Source: Atractiella rhizophila (taxonomy: Eukaryota). Taken from it: a DNA stretch of 64,000 nt. The stretch is from positions 1-64,000 of the forward strand of contig MU271223.1 in the NCBI GenBank assembly GCA_021432655.1. The letters are read 5' to 3'. Shown piece by piece: positions 12,487-24,206 of the stretch (within the stretch, counting starts at the first letter, position 1; every line of letters starts with the position of its first letter). Below the pieces are notes generated by a model. It had not been told where the DNA came from. It was given only the letters and a program-made list of their open reading frames with translations, and made no database searches. A program made the translations under genes and the position numbers.

Positions 12487-13842
12487 CTACTCTGCCTGTG
12501 CGCCATCCTTCTCTTCCGTTTCCGTATCTATAGGCTTCGGTTTCGCAGCAAAGAAACTATCCAGCCTTTTCATCCCCTTTGTATCGACCTTCTTCAGCGT
12601 CTCAACCCCTCTTGGGCCTTTGGCTTTCTTCTTCTTTTCCTCTCCAGCGACTGATGTGGCAGACGTGGTTGCACTGAGTGGTGGTGTCGGGAGGCTAATG
12701 TTTGATGCTGAGAGCGACTCCACTATCTTCATCTTTGAAGCGTGAGCCTGGAGAGCTGGGAAGGCAGCGTAAACGGTTGTACTGAGATGGTGTGTTAAAG
12801 TGGGAGGCAGATAGTTGGAGAGTGTCTCGAGCGCAGCTTGTTGGCGAGCCTCTTTATACTTGATCAGCAAGCATCCGGGAACGAGAGAGAAAGGACGGAC
12901 GTAGTAGAACATCTGATGAAAGGTCTCGGGAAGCTTCTCCCCATAGTCCTTCCCTCACTAGTTGCTTGATAATGCTGGGGTACGCTGGAACTTCCGAAAG
13001 CTTAGATGTACCTTCTGCACTTGCACTGACGTCGTCCATCGATGCGGAAGGTGCCGCAGAAGTCCTGAAGATTTCGGTTTGTATTTTCTCTATCCGGCTC
13101 TGCAATTTCTGTGTCAACCGAGGCAGCGACAGAAGATATCGTTTCTGAGGAGTCGCTGCTGTTACACACAGAGTCAACAACATTAGACTGTATAAGAGAG
13201 ACGCGGCGAAAAACATACATTCAACTTCGCATATCTCATCCATGCGTTTCACAAAGCATTCCACCTTCTCCAACTTGAGTAAATCATCCTCTTGTCCACC
13301 TGTAAGTTCATATTTCGTCCCATAAAAGCGTTCAAGCGCTCCTCCCGCCGCGCCTTTCAATATTGTCTCCAAGTGTTGCGGTCCGCCAACAGTCAGAGGC
13401 TCCTTGGAAGAAGCGGAATTGTTGGCCGAAAGGGAGAGGAGTATTGGGATGGCGAGAAAGAGAGGGTCGAATTTGGAGAGGACGAAGAGGCGACCGTCCG
13501 CGATCGCTCGATTGCCGACGAAGTAGGAGCGCGACGCGTGGGAGGGTGGTGTCACCGCTTGGAGTTCAAGTAGCCCGTCGATTTCTTGATGAGTAGATGA
13601 TGAGGAGGAAGGGGAAGAACGATGGGGGAGCAACAGGACACGTTCCCCTGTTCCATGTATCAGTGAATTCAACTTTCAAGTTGGTGGAGACAGAACGTGC
13701 CTGTGCGTGGATGTGGCAGTCTCAGAAATTGAGAAGACGTTGAAGAACTAGCTTCAAGGGATTCTGCACCGCGACAAAGGTTAGCCAACGGGCTGTTGGT
13801 ACGTGGTAACTTGCCAGGAACAAGGCACACCGCGGTTGGCAT
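12487..13842 (-). CDS. RNH202: Ribonuclease H2 subunit B, complete downstream copy
   Basis: FLRLPHPRTG, LLELQAV...RSYFVG...DGRLFVLSKFDPLFLAIPIL (Ydr279-type N domain) and a C-terminal PIP-box-like LKKVDTKGMKRLDSFF. Confidence 0.88.
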
Positions 13843-14992
13843 TGCACTAATGTTTGATGCTGAGAGCGACTCCACTATCTTCATCTTTGAAGCGTGAGCC
13901 TGGAGAGCTGGGAAGGCATCGTAAACGGTTGTACTGAGATGGTGTGTTAAAGTGGGAGGCAGATAGTTGGAGAGTGTCTCGAGCGCAGCTTGTTGGCGAG
14001 CCTCTTTATACTTGATTAGCAAGCATCCGGGAACGAAAGAGAAAGGACGGACGTAGTAGAACATCTGATGAAAGGTCTCGGGAAGCTTCTCCCCATAGTC
14101 CTTCCCTCACTAGTTGCTTGATAATGCTGGGGTACGCTGGAACTTCCGAAAGCTTAGATGTACCTTCTGCACTTGCACTGACGTCGTCCATCGATGCGGA
14201 AGGTGCCGCAGAAGTCCTGAAGATTTCGGTTTGTATTTTCTCTATTCTGCTCTGCAATTTCTGTGTCAACCGAGGCAGCGACAGAAGATATCGTTTCTGA
14301 TGAGTCGCTGCTGTTACACATAGAGTCAACAACATAGACTGTATAAGAGAGCCGCGAAGAAAACGTACATTCAACATCGCATATCTCATCCATGCGTTTC
14401 ACAAAGCATTCCACCTTCTCCAACTGGAGTAAATCATCCTCTTGTCCACCTGCAAGTTCATATTTCGTCCCATAAAACCGTTCAAGCGCTCCTCCCGCCG
14501 CGCCTTTCAGTATCGTCTCCAAGTCTTGCGGTTCGCCGATACTCAGGGGCTCTTTGGAAGAAGCGGAATTGTTGGCCGAAAGGGAGAGGAGTATTGGGAT
14601 GGCGAGAAAGAGAGGGTCGAATTTGGAGAGGACCAAGAGGCGACCATCCGCGATCGCTCGATTGCCGACGAAGTAGGAGCGCGACGCGTGGGAGGGTGGT
14701 GTCACCGCTTGGAGTTCAAGTAGCCCGTCGACTTCTTGATGAGTAGATGAGGAGGAGGAAGGGGAAGAGCGATGAGGGAGGAACTGGACACGTTCCCCTG
14801 TTCCATATATCAGCGAATTCAACTTTCAAGTTGGTGGAGATAGAATGTGCCTGTGCGTGGATGTGGCAGCCTCAGAAATTGAGAAGACGTTGAAGAACTA
14901 GCTTCAAGGGATTCTGCACCGCGACAAAGGTTAGCCAACGGGCTGTTGGTACGTGGTAACTTGCCAGGAACAAGGCACACCGCGGTTGGCAT
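13843..14992 (-). CDS. RNH202: Ribonuclease H2 subunit B, upstream copy lacking its 3' end and fused in frame to the downstream copy
   Basis: 13847-14996 duplicates 12695-13846. The junction reads ...SLSASNI-S-A-MPTAVCLVP with no stop. Confidence 0.8.
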
Positions 14993-15006
14993 TGCAGGTC
15001 AATTTT

Positions 15007-15110
15007 ACGCGTCTGGGAGTAAGCAATCAAGAAATAACTAAGACACGCTGAATACGACTTGAAAGGAATTGGTGAGAGGAAGGTGTTGTTGTTTTTGGTT
15101 TGAGACGCGT
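15007..15110. promoter_or_regulatory. Two ACGCGT (MCB-like) boxes in the short RNH202/BUD32 divergent promoter
   Basis: ACGCGT at 15007-15012 and 15105-15110, upstream of a DNA replication/repair gene. Confidence 0.45.
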
Positions 15111-15182
15111 TGTTTTGACCAGCTTTTGCCATTTTACTATCAGTTTCTGCTCGACTTTTTGCCACAAGATCTCATCACTTCC

Positions 15183-16187
15183 ATGGCCGCAACTTCTTCC
15201 CTTGCGCCGTCATTGGCACTGATCAGCTCCTCAAAGCTCATCAAACAGGGAGCAGAAGCTGTAAGTCCTCTTCCAGAAGCTCGAGCAATTCTGATTCTGA
15301 TCCAAGGTGTAGAAAATCTACATCTCACCGTCACCGCCGCCTCCCATCCTCTCCTCATCTTCTAAGGCTCAACTCACGTCTCCGGGCACCCAAGACGGTG
15401 GGCTCAAGCCCATTCTCCTGAAACATCGCTTCGCGAAATCATACCGCCATCCCACCCTCGATTCACAGCTGACCAAAGCAAGGATCCAACATGAAGTCCG
15501 CGCGTTGGTTCGATGTGCGAGATTCGGTATTCGAGTGCCAGGCGTACGGTTGGTGGATGAGAGAAACGGAGTGATTGGACTGGAACTAATCGATGGTGCG
15601 AGCGTGAGAGAGGTGTTGGGCGGTTCTGAGGAGGATGCTGATGCTGATGAGCACGCTGAGGGGCAGTGGGAGATCAGGGACGAGGTGAAGCAGCTACGGG
15701 AGATAGTGGATAAAGGTGTGCTTTCGTCATTTTACATGTCTGTTCTGGTCGAGAGTGGACAATATATTTACTCACTCAGTGGAACGCAGATGAGCTCATG
15801 CGTCTGGTGGGAAGTCAAATTGCCCAACTGCATTTGGTGGATATGATCCACGGCGACCTAACCACAAGCAACATGATGGTCCGCCTACACAATGACTCCT
15901 CCTCCACCAAAACTTCTTCAACTCCATCAGCTCTTAGCTCAAAAGTAGAGCTAGTCCTAATCGACTTTGGCCTCTCATCCCACTCATCCAGTGTAGAAGA
16001 CAAAGCCGTCGATCTCTACGTGCTCGAACGTGCTTTTCTTTCTACACATCCGGACGCGGTAGAGCTTTTCCAACAGGTTTTGGACGCGTATAAGGAGGGA
16101 ATGGAGCGGGAGGGAAAGTGGGCTGGGGTGAAGAAGAGGTTGGATGAGGTGCGTTTGAGAGGAAGGAAGAGGTCAATGGTTGGGTGA
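15183..16187 (+). CDS. BUD32: KEOPS complex kinase Bud32/TP53RK
   Basis: LIKQGAEA, KSYRHPTLD, IHGDLTTSNMM, LIDFGLS, EDKAVDLYVLERAFLSTHP, C-terminal VRLRGRKRSMVG. Confidence 0.96.
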
Positions 16188-16497
16188 GAACGTGTGGTAG
16201 AGTAAACAAATGTGAAGATTTAAGGTAAATTGTGAATTTAATTCTCTTGTATTTCTATTGTTGAATCGAGCAGCCCCTTCCACATCCTCGACAAGTTACA
16301 ACGTAACCCACATCGAACAAATTGGAAAAGTAAATGACATGCGTGGCGTGAATGCATGGCACTGACTTAACCCAGCTATCCTTTCACTCCAGCTCCCACT
16401 CCCACCTATTCCGTCACACGCAAGAAGATAGTGCTTCTGTTCCTCAAGTCACATCTTCTGGAACTTGCAAAGAGTCGGCTCCAATCTCCGTTGTTTC

Positions 16498-18156
16498 TCA
16501 ATCGTCCTTTATCGACCAACCGCTATCGCCTGTTGCAACTCCTCAATGCGATGCGTCGCAAGAGTAGGAAAGGAGAAACTCACCGTCCCGAGGCACAATC
16601 ATGTCCGCAAACCAAATAACAAGGGTCAGAATGACGTTTGCCCTATTCAGCCAGAAATCAGGCGGACGCAATCACTCAGAGAAAGGAAAGTACCACCGCC
16701 ACCAATTGTGACTCGCCCCATCGTCGTCATTTACCAAGAGGTTGGTGTACACTGACATTCGTTCAGCAAAGAAATGGATGTGGGGAGCGAAAGAGAAAGC
16801 GAACCTAAGATGAGAACGACCCGAGAGTATGATACAATCAGCGTGATCCCTTTGCTCGTGATATCTTCATCTCGCAAATCGACGACAGCATACTTCCCTG
16901 TCCCTGCTCTTCAGAGAACTCGTCAAAGAAGGTGGAACAAAAAGGAACGTACCGCCATCACTTGCTTTCTTTAGGAAAAGAACTACTCTGGACGCTGCGA
17001 AAAGCACGCCGACACGGTAGACGAGGGAAATGATAACTGGGAGGGGGAGGGCTGAGGTACTATGCCATCTATCAATACCTGTTTTGCAACGACCCCGTGG
17101 ACACATACGCAAGTGAAAGGAAGTCAAGACCTTGTCCAAAGGTTTGAGACGTGTAAGTAACTGCAGCTGAGAAGCTGTCCCAGATGAAGGGAGGAAGAGG
17201 CGGGGCACTCGTCTTGTCGAATGAGCGGACGTAAGACATGGGGTCGTAGGAAGCCTCTGTGGACATCAAGAAGACGTTGTAGCACACATAGCCAAACTAT
17301 TATTCACTCGTCAATAACATCGAATTTTCATGCATTGAGAGGACATACCATGAGTGATGTCTCCACTACATTCCCTCGCTCGATCGAGAAAGCGATTCCC
17401 GTCACTAATCGAATAGTTGATGAGAGAAAGGTGGGAAGGGGGAACATGGCGCACTGAATAGTGTCGAAACTATCAAGGCGCCGATTACTGCTCCTTGTAA
17501 TGCAGTTTCAGCGGCTGCTGAGAAGCAAGCGAACAGGGTATAAGTGCTATATCACCTCTTCAGCTAACAATTAGTTTACGTCAGTCAAAGACGCACCTCA
17601 AGACATATGTCGAAGCGCTAGTAACCAAGAAGACAATGCTCCATCCATCTCCTTTCTCGGTAAGAAACGAGCTGATTCTTCCTGCTGACTGGGCTACCAA
17701 CAGGGTTGACACACCCTCAAGAAGAACGAAGAAGGGTCCAGAATGATGCAGTACGCTTCCATAGAAGGAGACGAACTTTCGTAAGAAAAACCAGGTCCAA
17801 GAAGACTGTTCCCAAGCCGCTTTGGAGTTGGACGAGAAGACGTTGAGACAAACGAGGAGGATAATGGGAACGGAGATGTGTTGGACGAAGGAGAGGAACG
17901 GGATTAGGGGATATATGCGGGTGTAACGTGCAAGAAGAGTGAGAGTGGAGGACACAAAGGAGTATAGTGCGAGCGCAGCGGAGAGGGTCAGACAGCACTC
18001 TTTTCCTGCAATCTAGACGCGAACGTGAGCGGGAATGACATTGTTTGGCTGGCGGTAGAACTTGGGCGAACTCACATCAAGAGCGAGCGGAAGATAAGTC
18101 ATGACCTGCAGGTATGTTATCCCGCGTAAGAAGTTAGAAAGCAATCGAATCAACAT
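16498..18156 (-). CDS. ICE2: ER membrane protein Ice2 (multi-exon)
   Basis: N-terminal MLIRLLSNFLRGITYLQVMTYLPLALD, internal FFVLLEGVSTLLVAQSAGR, C-terminal WWRWANVILTLVIW; multi-TM pattern matches Ice2 from memory. Confidence 0.75.
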
Positions 18157-18175
18157 GTCTTCTGATTCTGTGATA

Positions 18176-18309
18176 CAAGGTCAGGTTACGAAAATGAAAA
18201 TCAAGGAGCAAGTATTGATGGTGGAAGTTGATGAGCCTGATGATGACCGTTGTTCGATGCCAAGACAAACAAAGGCAAGCGCCAGTCAGCGCAGGAGGAC
18301 CTTTGCGGT
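18176..18309. promoter_or_regulatory. Possible zinc-responsive elements upstream of the ZIP transporter
   Basis: CAAGGT at 18176 (ZafA-type core) and ACCTTTGCGGT at 18299 (partial match to Zap1 ACCYYNAAGGT). Short motifs, so weak evidence. Confidence 0.25.
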
Positions 18310-18407
18310 TATGAGGCTCAAACGACATCCACCATCTTTTTCGCTCTTTTTTGACGACCAGAAGAGGAGGCTGTAGTGGTGATTTAGACAGTATATTTTC
18401 AATCAAG

Positions 18408-19952
18408 ATGTCATCAGAGGATGTTAATTGCGGTGCTGCAGTTGCTGTGAGTTTTTCATCAATGGAGACAATGGAGATGGTGACATCGGTCTGCGCCGAA
18501 TCATCTAGGGAGGAGATCTAGGTGCTGGTCGAGGGTTGCGTATAGGCGCCGTCTTTGTTATTTTCTCTACGAGTCTTATAGGCGTGCTTTTCCCCATGTA
18601 TGTGAACCTGCTCACCTTTGTTGTGAGGTCATCTGAGGGGATTGAACAGCATCGCGCGACGGTCGAGGCGAGCGCGTATTCCTGAGTCGTTATACGACTT
18701 TGCAAAGTACTTTGGATCTGGAGTCATTATAGCGACTGCATTCATACACCTGCTTGATCCGGCATTCGAGGCTCTCGGTTCACCATGCTTGACCGGAACT
18801 TGGCAAGAGTATCCTTGGGCAGGTGCGTCTTTCATCTCTCTTAGGTGTCACAGTTCAGGGCTGAGAGTAAATTGATAGCGGCACTGTCCATGGCGGCAGT
18901 CTTTGGGATCTTCATCTTCGAGCTCCTCGCTTTCCGGTTAGGGCACGCCATCGCCGCAGGAATGGCGAAGGAATACGACGTTCACCTCTCGGCACACGCC
19001 GCGCACGGTCCTGAAAGAGAAGGAGGACATCTACACCCACACCCGCCTTCACTGGAGGCTGAAGAGTCCATCGTTGGCACTCCCCCACTAGCAAGCGGCT
19101 CCAGCTCGCCTCCCCTTGCTCCACCTCCTTCCAGTCGTTCCTCCAGCATCTCGAAAACTCTCGATGGAGAGACTTCAACTTCCACTACCGCAGTTCCAGA
19201 ATTGGTACTACCTCAGGGAGAAGGACATGCTCGTAAACACGATCACGATCACCACGGCCATGAGCGTGCAGAGGGGCATAGCCATGGACATGATGATTCC
19301 TCGACTTTCCACAGCGCCACACAGATCATTGGCGTCGCAATTCTAGAATTTGGCGTCATATTGCACTCAGCAATCATTGGTTTGACGTTAGGAGTGACGG
19401 ATGAATTTGTGCCATTATTTGTTGTCATCACATTCCACCAAATGTTCGAAGCGCTTGGTGAGATCCCTTTTTCCTTCCTTTCGCAGCGACATCAGTTCTG
19501 ACATGCCTTAAGGTCTCGGTACTCGATTAGCAACGCTTCCACTTCATCGAAAATCCATCATTCCCTGGATAGCAGGGATCATGTACGCCTCCACCACCCC
19601 TCTCACCCTTGGAATCGGGATTGGAGTTCGAGGATCATACAACCCCGAGAGTGCCACAGCGAGCAAAGTGAGCGGAGTGCTCGATGCTGTTTCAAGCGGA
19701 ATTCTGCTCTATACCGGATTAGTTGAGCTGTTAGGACACGAGTTCCTTTGGGTATGTCTACTCCGTCATTGCCTGGTGCTGGACCTGACGCGTATGGGCG
19801 ACAGAACGACGGAATGCGGAAAGCTCCCCTTTCGAAGGTCCTTTATGCTGTCTTTTGCTGCTTGACTGGAGCTGGAATCATGGTGCGTCGAAGTGACACT
19901 TGATAAACACAACTGATGATCGGGCTAGGCATCTCTCGGACGGTGGGCCTGA
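18408..19952 (+). CDS. ZIP-family zinc/iron permease (Zrt1-like)
   Basis: KYFGSGVIIATAFIHLL, His-rich loop HDHDHHGH...HSHGH, ILEFGVILHSAIIGL, FHQMFEALG, DAVSSGILLYTGLVELL, terminal GRWA*. Confidence 0.95.
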
Positions 19953-20267
19953 GTAGACGTTTACGAATTGACGCAGCTGAAAATCTCAATACCCTCATCT
20001 TATGTATCTCAAATGTAAAATACCTGTTTGTGCTGCAAGCATTTTTCCACGTATTATAATAAAAGGAAAATTTACAGTACAAGCGATAACAGTTGAGGTA
20101 CTCCAAGATCTAGAATACAACTGTATTAAGGGTCCGTCAATCGACCGGTGGAGGGGTCAAGAGCATGATGGGATTAGAAACTATGGCATTAAGGATGCTG
20201 TTATGAAGAAGGGGGTAACCAGTTCTGATGCACAGTCTGCCTTTGCAGTCGAGGTGAGTGGCTAGGC

Positions 20268-20977
20268 TTAGAAGAGACAATCGCATAAGAGCTCCTCGGC
20301 ACAACAACTGGACAACAAACAAGTCAGGACAACACCGTGGACGGGAACTTCCCGAAATTACTGACCATAAACAAGCTCCGGCGAGACTGCGCCAGTCCAA
20401 AAAAAGTCAGCACAATTAATGCTTCGATTAAACGCGAAGAAGCGAATGACAGCTCACCAAGCGCAGCATCCTCCTCCTCCTCCTCCCCTGTCTTGTTGAG
20501 GTTGCACATAAACCTGCTGTGGTGGTGGTTGAGGAGCGTAACCGTATTCTATAAATACAACATCGGAGTCTTCATCTCGCAACCGACATGCATGCAAGGA
20601 AAGAAACACGCACGGCCTTGAGGAGCGCCGTAGGCTTGCTGAGGCTGGCCTGGCGGAGGGTAGTATCCTCCCTAGAACACAAGAGCGCAGTCAGCAAAAC
20701 TAGCTCCGATCGAGGTGCGTCAAATTTGTCCAAATGTAGGTGAAGAGAACCAAGAAAATGAAAAAATGCAGACTTCGGCGTCGTGAAAACCCAATAAAGG
20801 GATCAAATTACAGTGATGTCGTGTCGCAGTCGCAGAGAGGGTGCTGCCACTGCCCCGACTTCTCCCCTACAAACCTAATGGGCATGAGCTCACCTGAGGT
20901 GCGCCGTATGGCTGCTGCCCGTACTGAGGTTGCCCCCCGTAACCTCCTCCTTGTTTGTAATAGTCTTGGTTAGACAT
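20268..20977 (-). CDS. Small Pro/Gln/Tyr/Gly-rich CYSTM (cysteine-rich transmembrane module) protein, 5 short exons
   Basis: Spliced: MSNQDYYKQGGGYGGQPQYGQQPYGAPQ | GGYYPPPGQPQQAYGAPQGP | QYGYAPQPPPQQVYVQPQQDRGGGGGCCAC | LAGACLC | CCAEELLCDCLF*. Confidence 0.85.
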
Positions 20978-21787
20978 AACGTGAAACTATTTATGTTCTG
21001 GACTGAGACTTGCTGTTCCCATGCACAAAAAATATCCATTAAGACTGCCCATGAACCGCGCTGAGAAAGGCTTACTGGGAGGTTGGTATCGCTAGAGCGG
21101 TGGGAGAGGAAATTGATGAGAAATGAGATGGTGGTTGTGCAACTGTCGCTTTTTGGGTGAGACTATAAATAGACGTCATAAACACCGTTGGATCGGACAA
21201 TAGCGGCGATTTCCTTTCACAGAAATATTGCGGGCGGTCGGAATTATCAGACACCTGAGTCTTAGTTTGAAAGCAAAGACCACCTTCTCTGTCGTCGTCT
21301 TGTCATAATCCCAATTGGTGAGTAGTCTATCAGATTGCTTAGCTGAAATGCCCAGTTCCAATATACCGTTCTTCATTGCTCGACGAGGTTGCACCGTGCT
21401 TCTGAACTTCGTTGTTGTCGCGAGCATCTCATGGCCTCACAGTTTTAGGTCTTAGATGAGAGACTTGATTATCGAAACGGGAACAGAGCTCAGTGAAAGG
21501 AACCAGTCATTGGCTGATATCCCGGATATCATATATCGTCTTCTTCACGTTCCAGTCATGTAACAGCAGGTCACATGATGACGGACAGAAAGTGGTGCAG
21601 TGGAGTATTATCGGCTTGAGCTGACATGACCCCCCAGAAACTTTCCCATTGCCAAACTTCGCTGCTTCGTTTCCCTCGCCACATTGATTGAGCACCACCA
21701 GAACCACCAACCGTTTATCGATCCCACTTCAGATCCACTTTACCCGCCCAGTGAAACGGAGTCCGACTGCCGTTTTATTTTGACAAC

Positions 21788-23899
21788 ATGACTGCAGAGA
21801 AGAGGTATAAATGTCCCGAGTGAGTGGTGATTTGCCTATTCTGCATTTCCGAGGCTCATCTTCTCCGTTAAACCAGCTGCGACAAAACTTTCTCCAGGCG
21901 CTCTTTCATTGAACGTCATCAGCGCCTCCAACATCTTGACATCCGTCCCTTCCCTTGCGATTCATGTCCTAGCAAGTTCTCCAGGCTCGATGTCCTCAAT
22001 AGACATAAAAAAGTTTGCCCGGGATTGAAGAAGAGAGGACCTGAAAGCGATGAGAAGACTGAACCTGTGGAATCCCTCAAATCGAGCAACGAGGTAGATT
22101 GGAGCACCCTTATAGGATACGTGAACGATGGTCCGTTCTTCCAATCATCTTTGCAAGAGACTGAAGAGAAGAAATAGGAGATTTGCCAAATGCTCTTTCA
22201 CGTATCCTGACCTCAAGTCCAGATGTTCCCTCTGCCCTCAAACTCCTCACAGCCCTCCAGACCCTCGTCCCTCCTCCAACGACAAGCAACCCGTCACAAC
22301 CAGACTTTGTCCCATCTGATCAGTCGGACAACTTTCTAGACCTCTTCAACCAATTTCCCTCCGTCGTCACCTCACTCTCCGGTTCCTCGTCCTCTCCCGA
22401 TTCCATCAATTCCTTCGATCAGCTTCTGAACAACGCCACTTGGGGATCCAATGACCCACTGTGGGAACAAGCACTGGCTGCCGCCCCGCAAGAATCTCGG
22501 TTCTCAACTGTACCGGACGAGACTCTTGATGTTGATTTGACCGTCGCGAGCACATCGATATTGAGGAATCCCAATGCCCTCACCTATTTCGCCAACCTTG
22601 AGAAAGGACCGTCGCCCGATGAGGAGGAGGAGGTAGCAGAGATCGAGGAACGTGGCCCATTCATGGATATCTTCTCAAGACCCAAATTGGTGAGCGACAA
22701 GGGGCATATTGGAGATGATGAAGGGCTCAGCTCTCAGTTTTATTATCCGAAGGAGGTTTATGAGACTATGCATCTCATCGGCGGACAGACTTGCCATCTT
22801 CCCACCCGCTCTCTGGCTTCAAAATATGCCTCAAATGGTAATGCATTTCTTCTAGATAGGGCTCGTCGAGGAGTGGCGATTGATGGTGGAAACAGCTTGC
22901 TCATTGTTCATCATGCGATTACCGGTGATCCATGTTGCATCCCTACGCATAGCTACCTCCCACTATTCTCTCGCCTGCGCTCTCTGTCTATTGGGAACGT
23001 TCTACGACAAGAAATTTTGCACCGACCAAATGATGGCGACCAGATACTTTCATGAGAAGCTAACGGAAAAACGATCACAAATTCTCACACTCTACGTACG
23101 TTTGTTGAACTTGACATACGTTGGCTAATGAAAGCGACAGGGGACAATCGAGAAAGGATTCAATGGTCGAATGTGTCTTTTCCAAACCTTCATCATCTAT
23201 CTTCTTTTATCCCTCGCCCTCCCCGAATCTCCCACCCAGATGGCGCTGTCCCTCGCCTACCACGGTTGCGCAGTGATGATGATGCGCGAACTGAAGGTCA
23301 TCGAAGTGATTAAAACGCTGAAGGAAGCGGAGAAGGAGTACATCAAGAGCGTTTCGGACATCGAAGGCGTGGAGTTGAGCAGCAAGTGGAAGAGATGGAT
23401 CAAGAGCGAGACTTACAAGCGTGACGTCTTCCTCATCTGGCTCGCCGACATCGAATGCAACCGTCGCACGAACCTAAGCGCGGTGATGATCCCCCTGCCC
23501 GAACTTGACATAGACCTACCCTCACCAGACCCAGTCTGGACCGCCGCTTCAGCAGAGGAATGGATGCCTCTGTTCTTACAGCGACGAAACAAAGCCGTCT
23601 CATTCTTAGGAATCCTCAAATTCCTCATCAGTGATTCTATGATCGTTAACTGTCCAGAAGAATCTGGACCCCGCGCCCTCCGAATACAGGACCTTCCGGA
23701 TCTAGGTGCATTTGCGGAAATGGTCCTGACCAGGACTTTAGGCTATCTTCAAAGTCTGCTGGAACAGACAATGAACGAGTTTACACCAGTTCCTACCGTC
23801 TTGGAAAAGATTGGTTTGGAAGGAAACGATAGGAACGGGATGCTGAAGCAGATCCGGAGGGCCACCGAAAGGGTTTCTGAGTGGCGGGAGAGGGTATAG
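21788..23899 (+). CDS. Transcription factor with two C2H2-type zinc fingers and a fungal-specific TF (MHR-like) C-terminal region, paralog 1
   Basis: YKCPDCDKTFSRRSFIERHQRLQHLDIRPFPCDSCPSKFSRLDVLNRHKKVC; later WKRWIKSETYKR...ELDIDLPSPDPVWTAASAEEW. Confidence 0.85.
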
Positions 23900-24206
23900 G
23901 ATGAACTTGAATTCGAAGTATTCACTGACATGCTTTTATTGTGTACTGTGTTCTGCTCTTATTGCCCTGTAAAATAGTAAAAGGAGTTCGATAAAGATCT
24001 GTATCACATGATTTATCTTCCATGCTGCTGCGGATGTATCGGAGGTCGGAGGACGCTTTGCTCAGCGGCACGGCGGTCAAACTGAAGTTACTGAACCACC
24101 ACAATCACTCACTCACGACCTCCCCTAGCAGCCCTCAACCATCCCCAAAGTTTGTTCTTCTACCTCAGCGTCTACCTTACCAACAGGAGAAGGCACAAAG
24201 AGACCG

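Noticed and set aside
21072..21710. Short ORFs between the CYSTM gene and TF paralog 1
   Set aside because: No recognisable motif or coherent exon chain; probably promoter or relic sequence.
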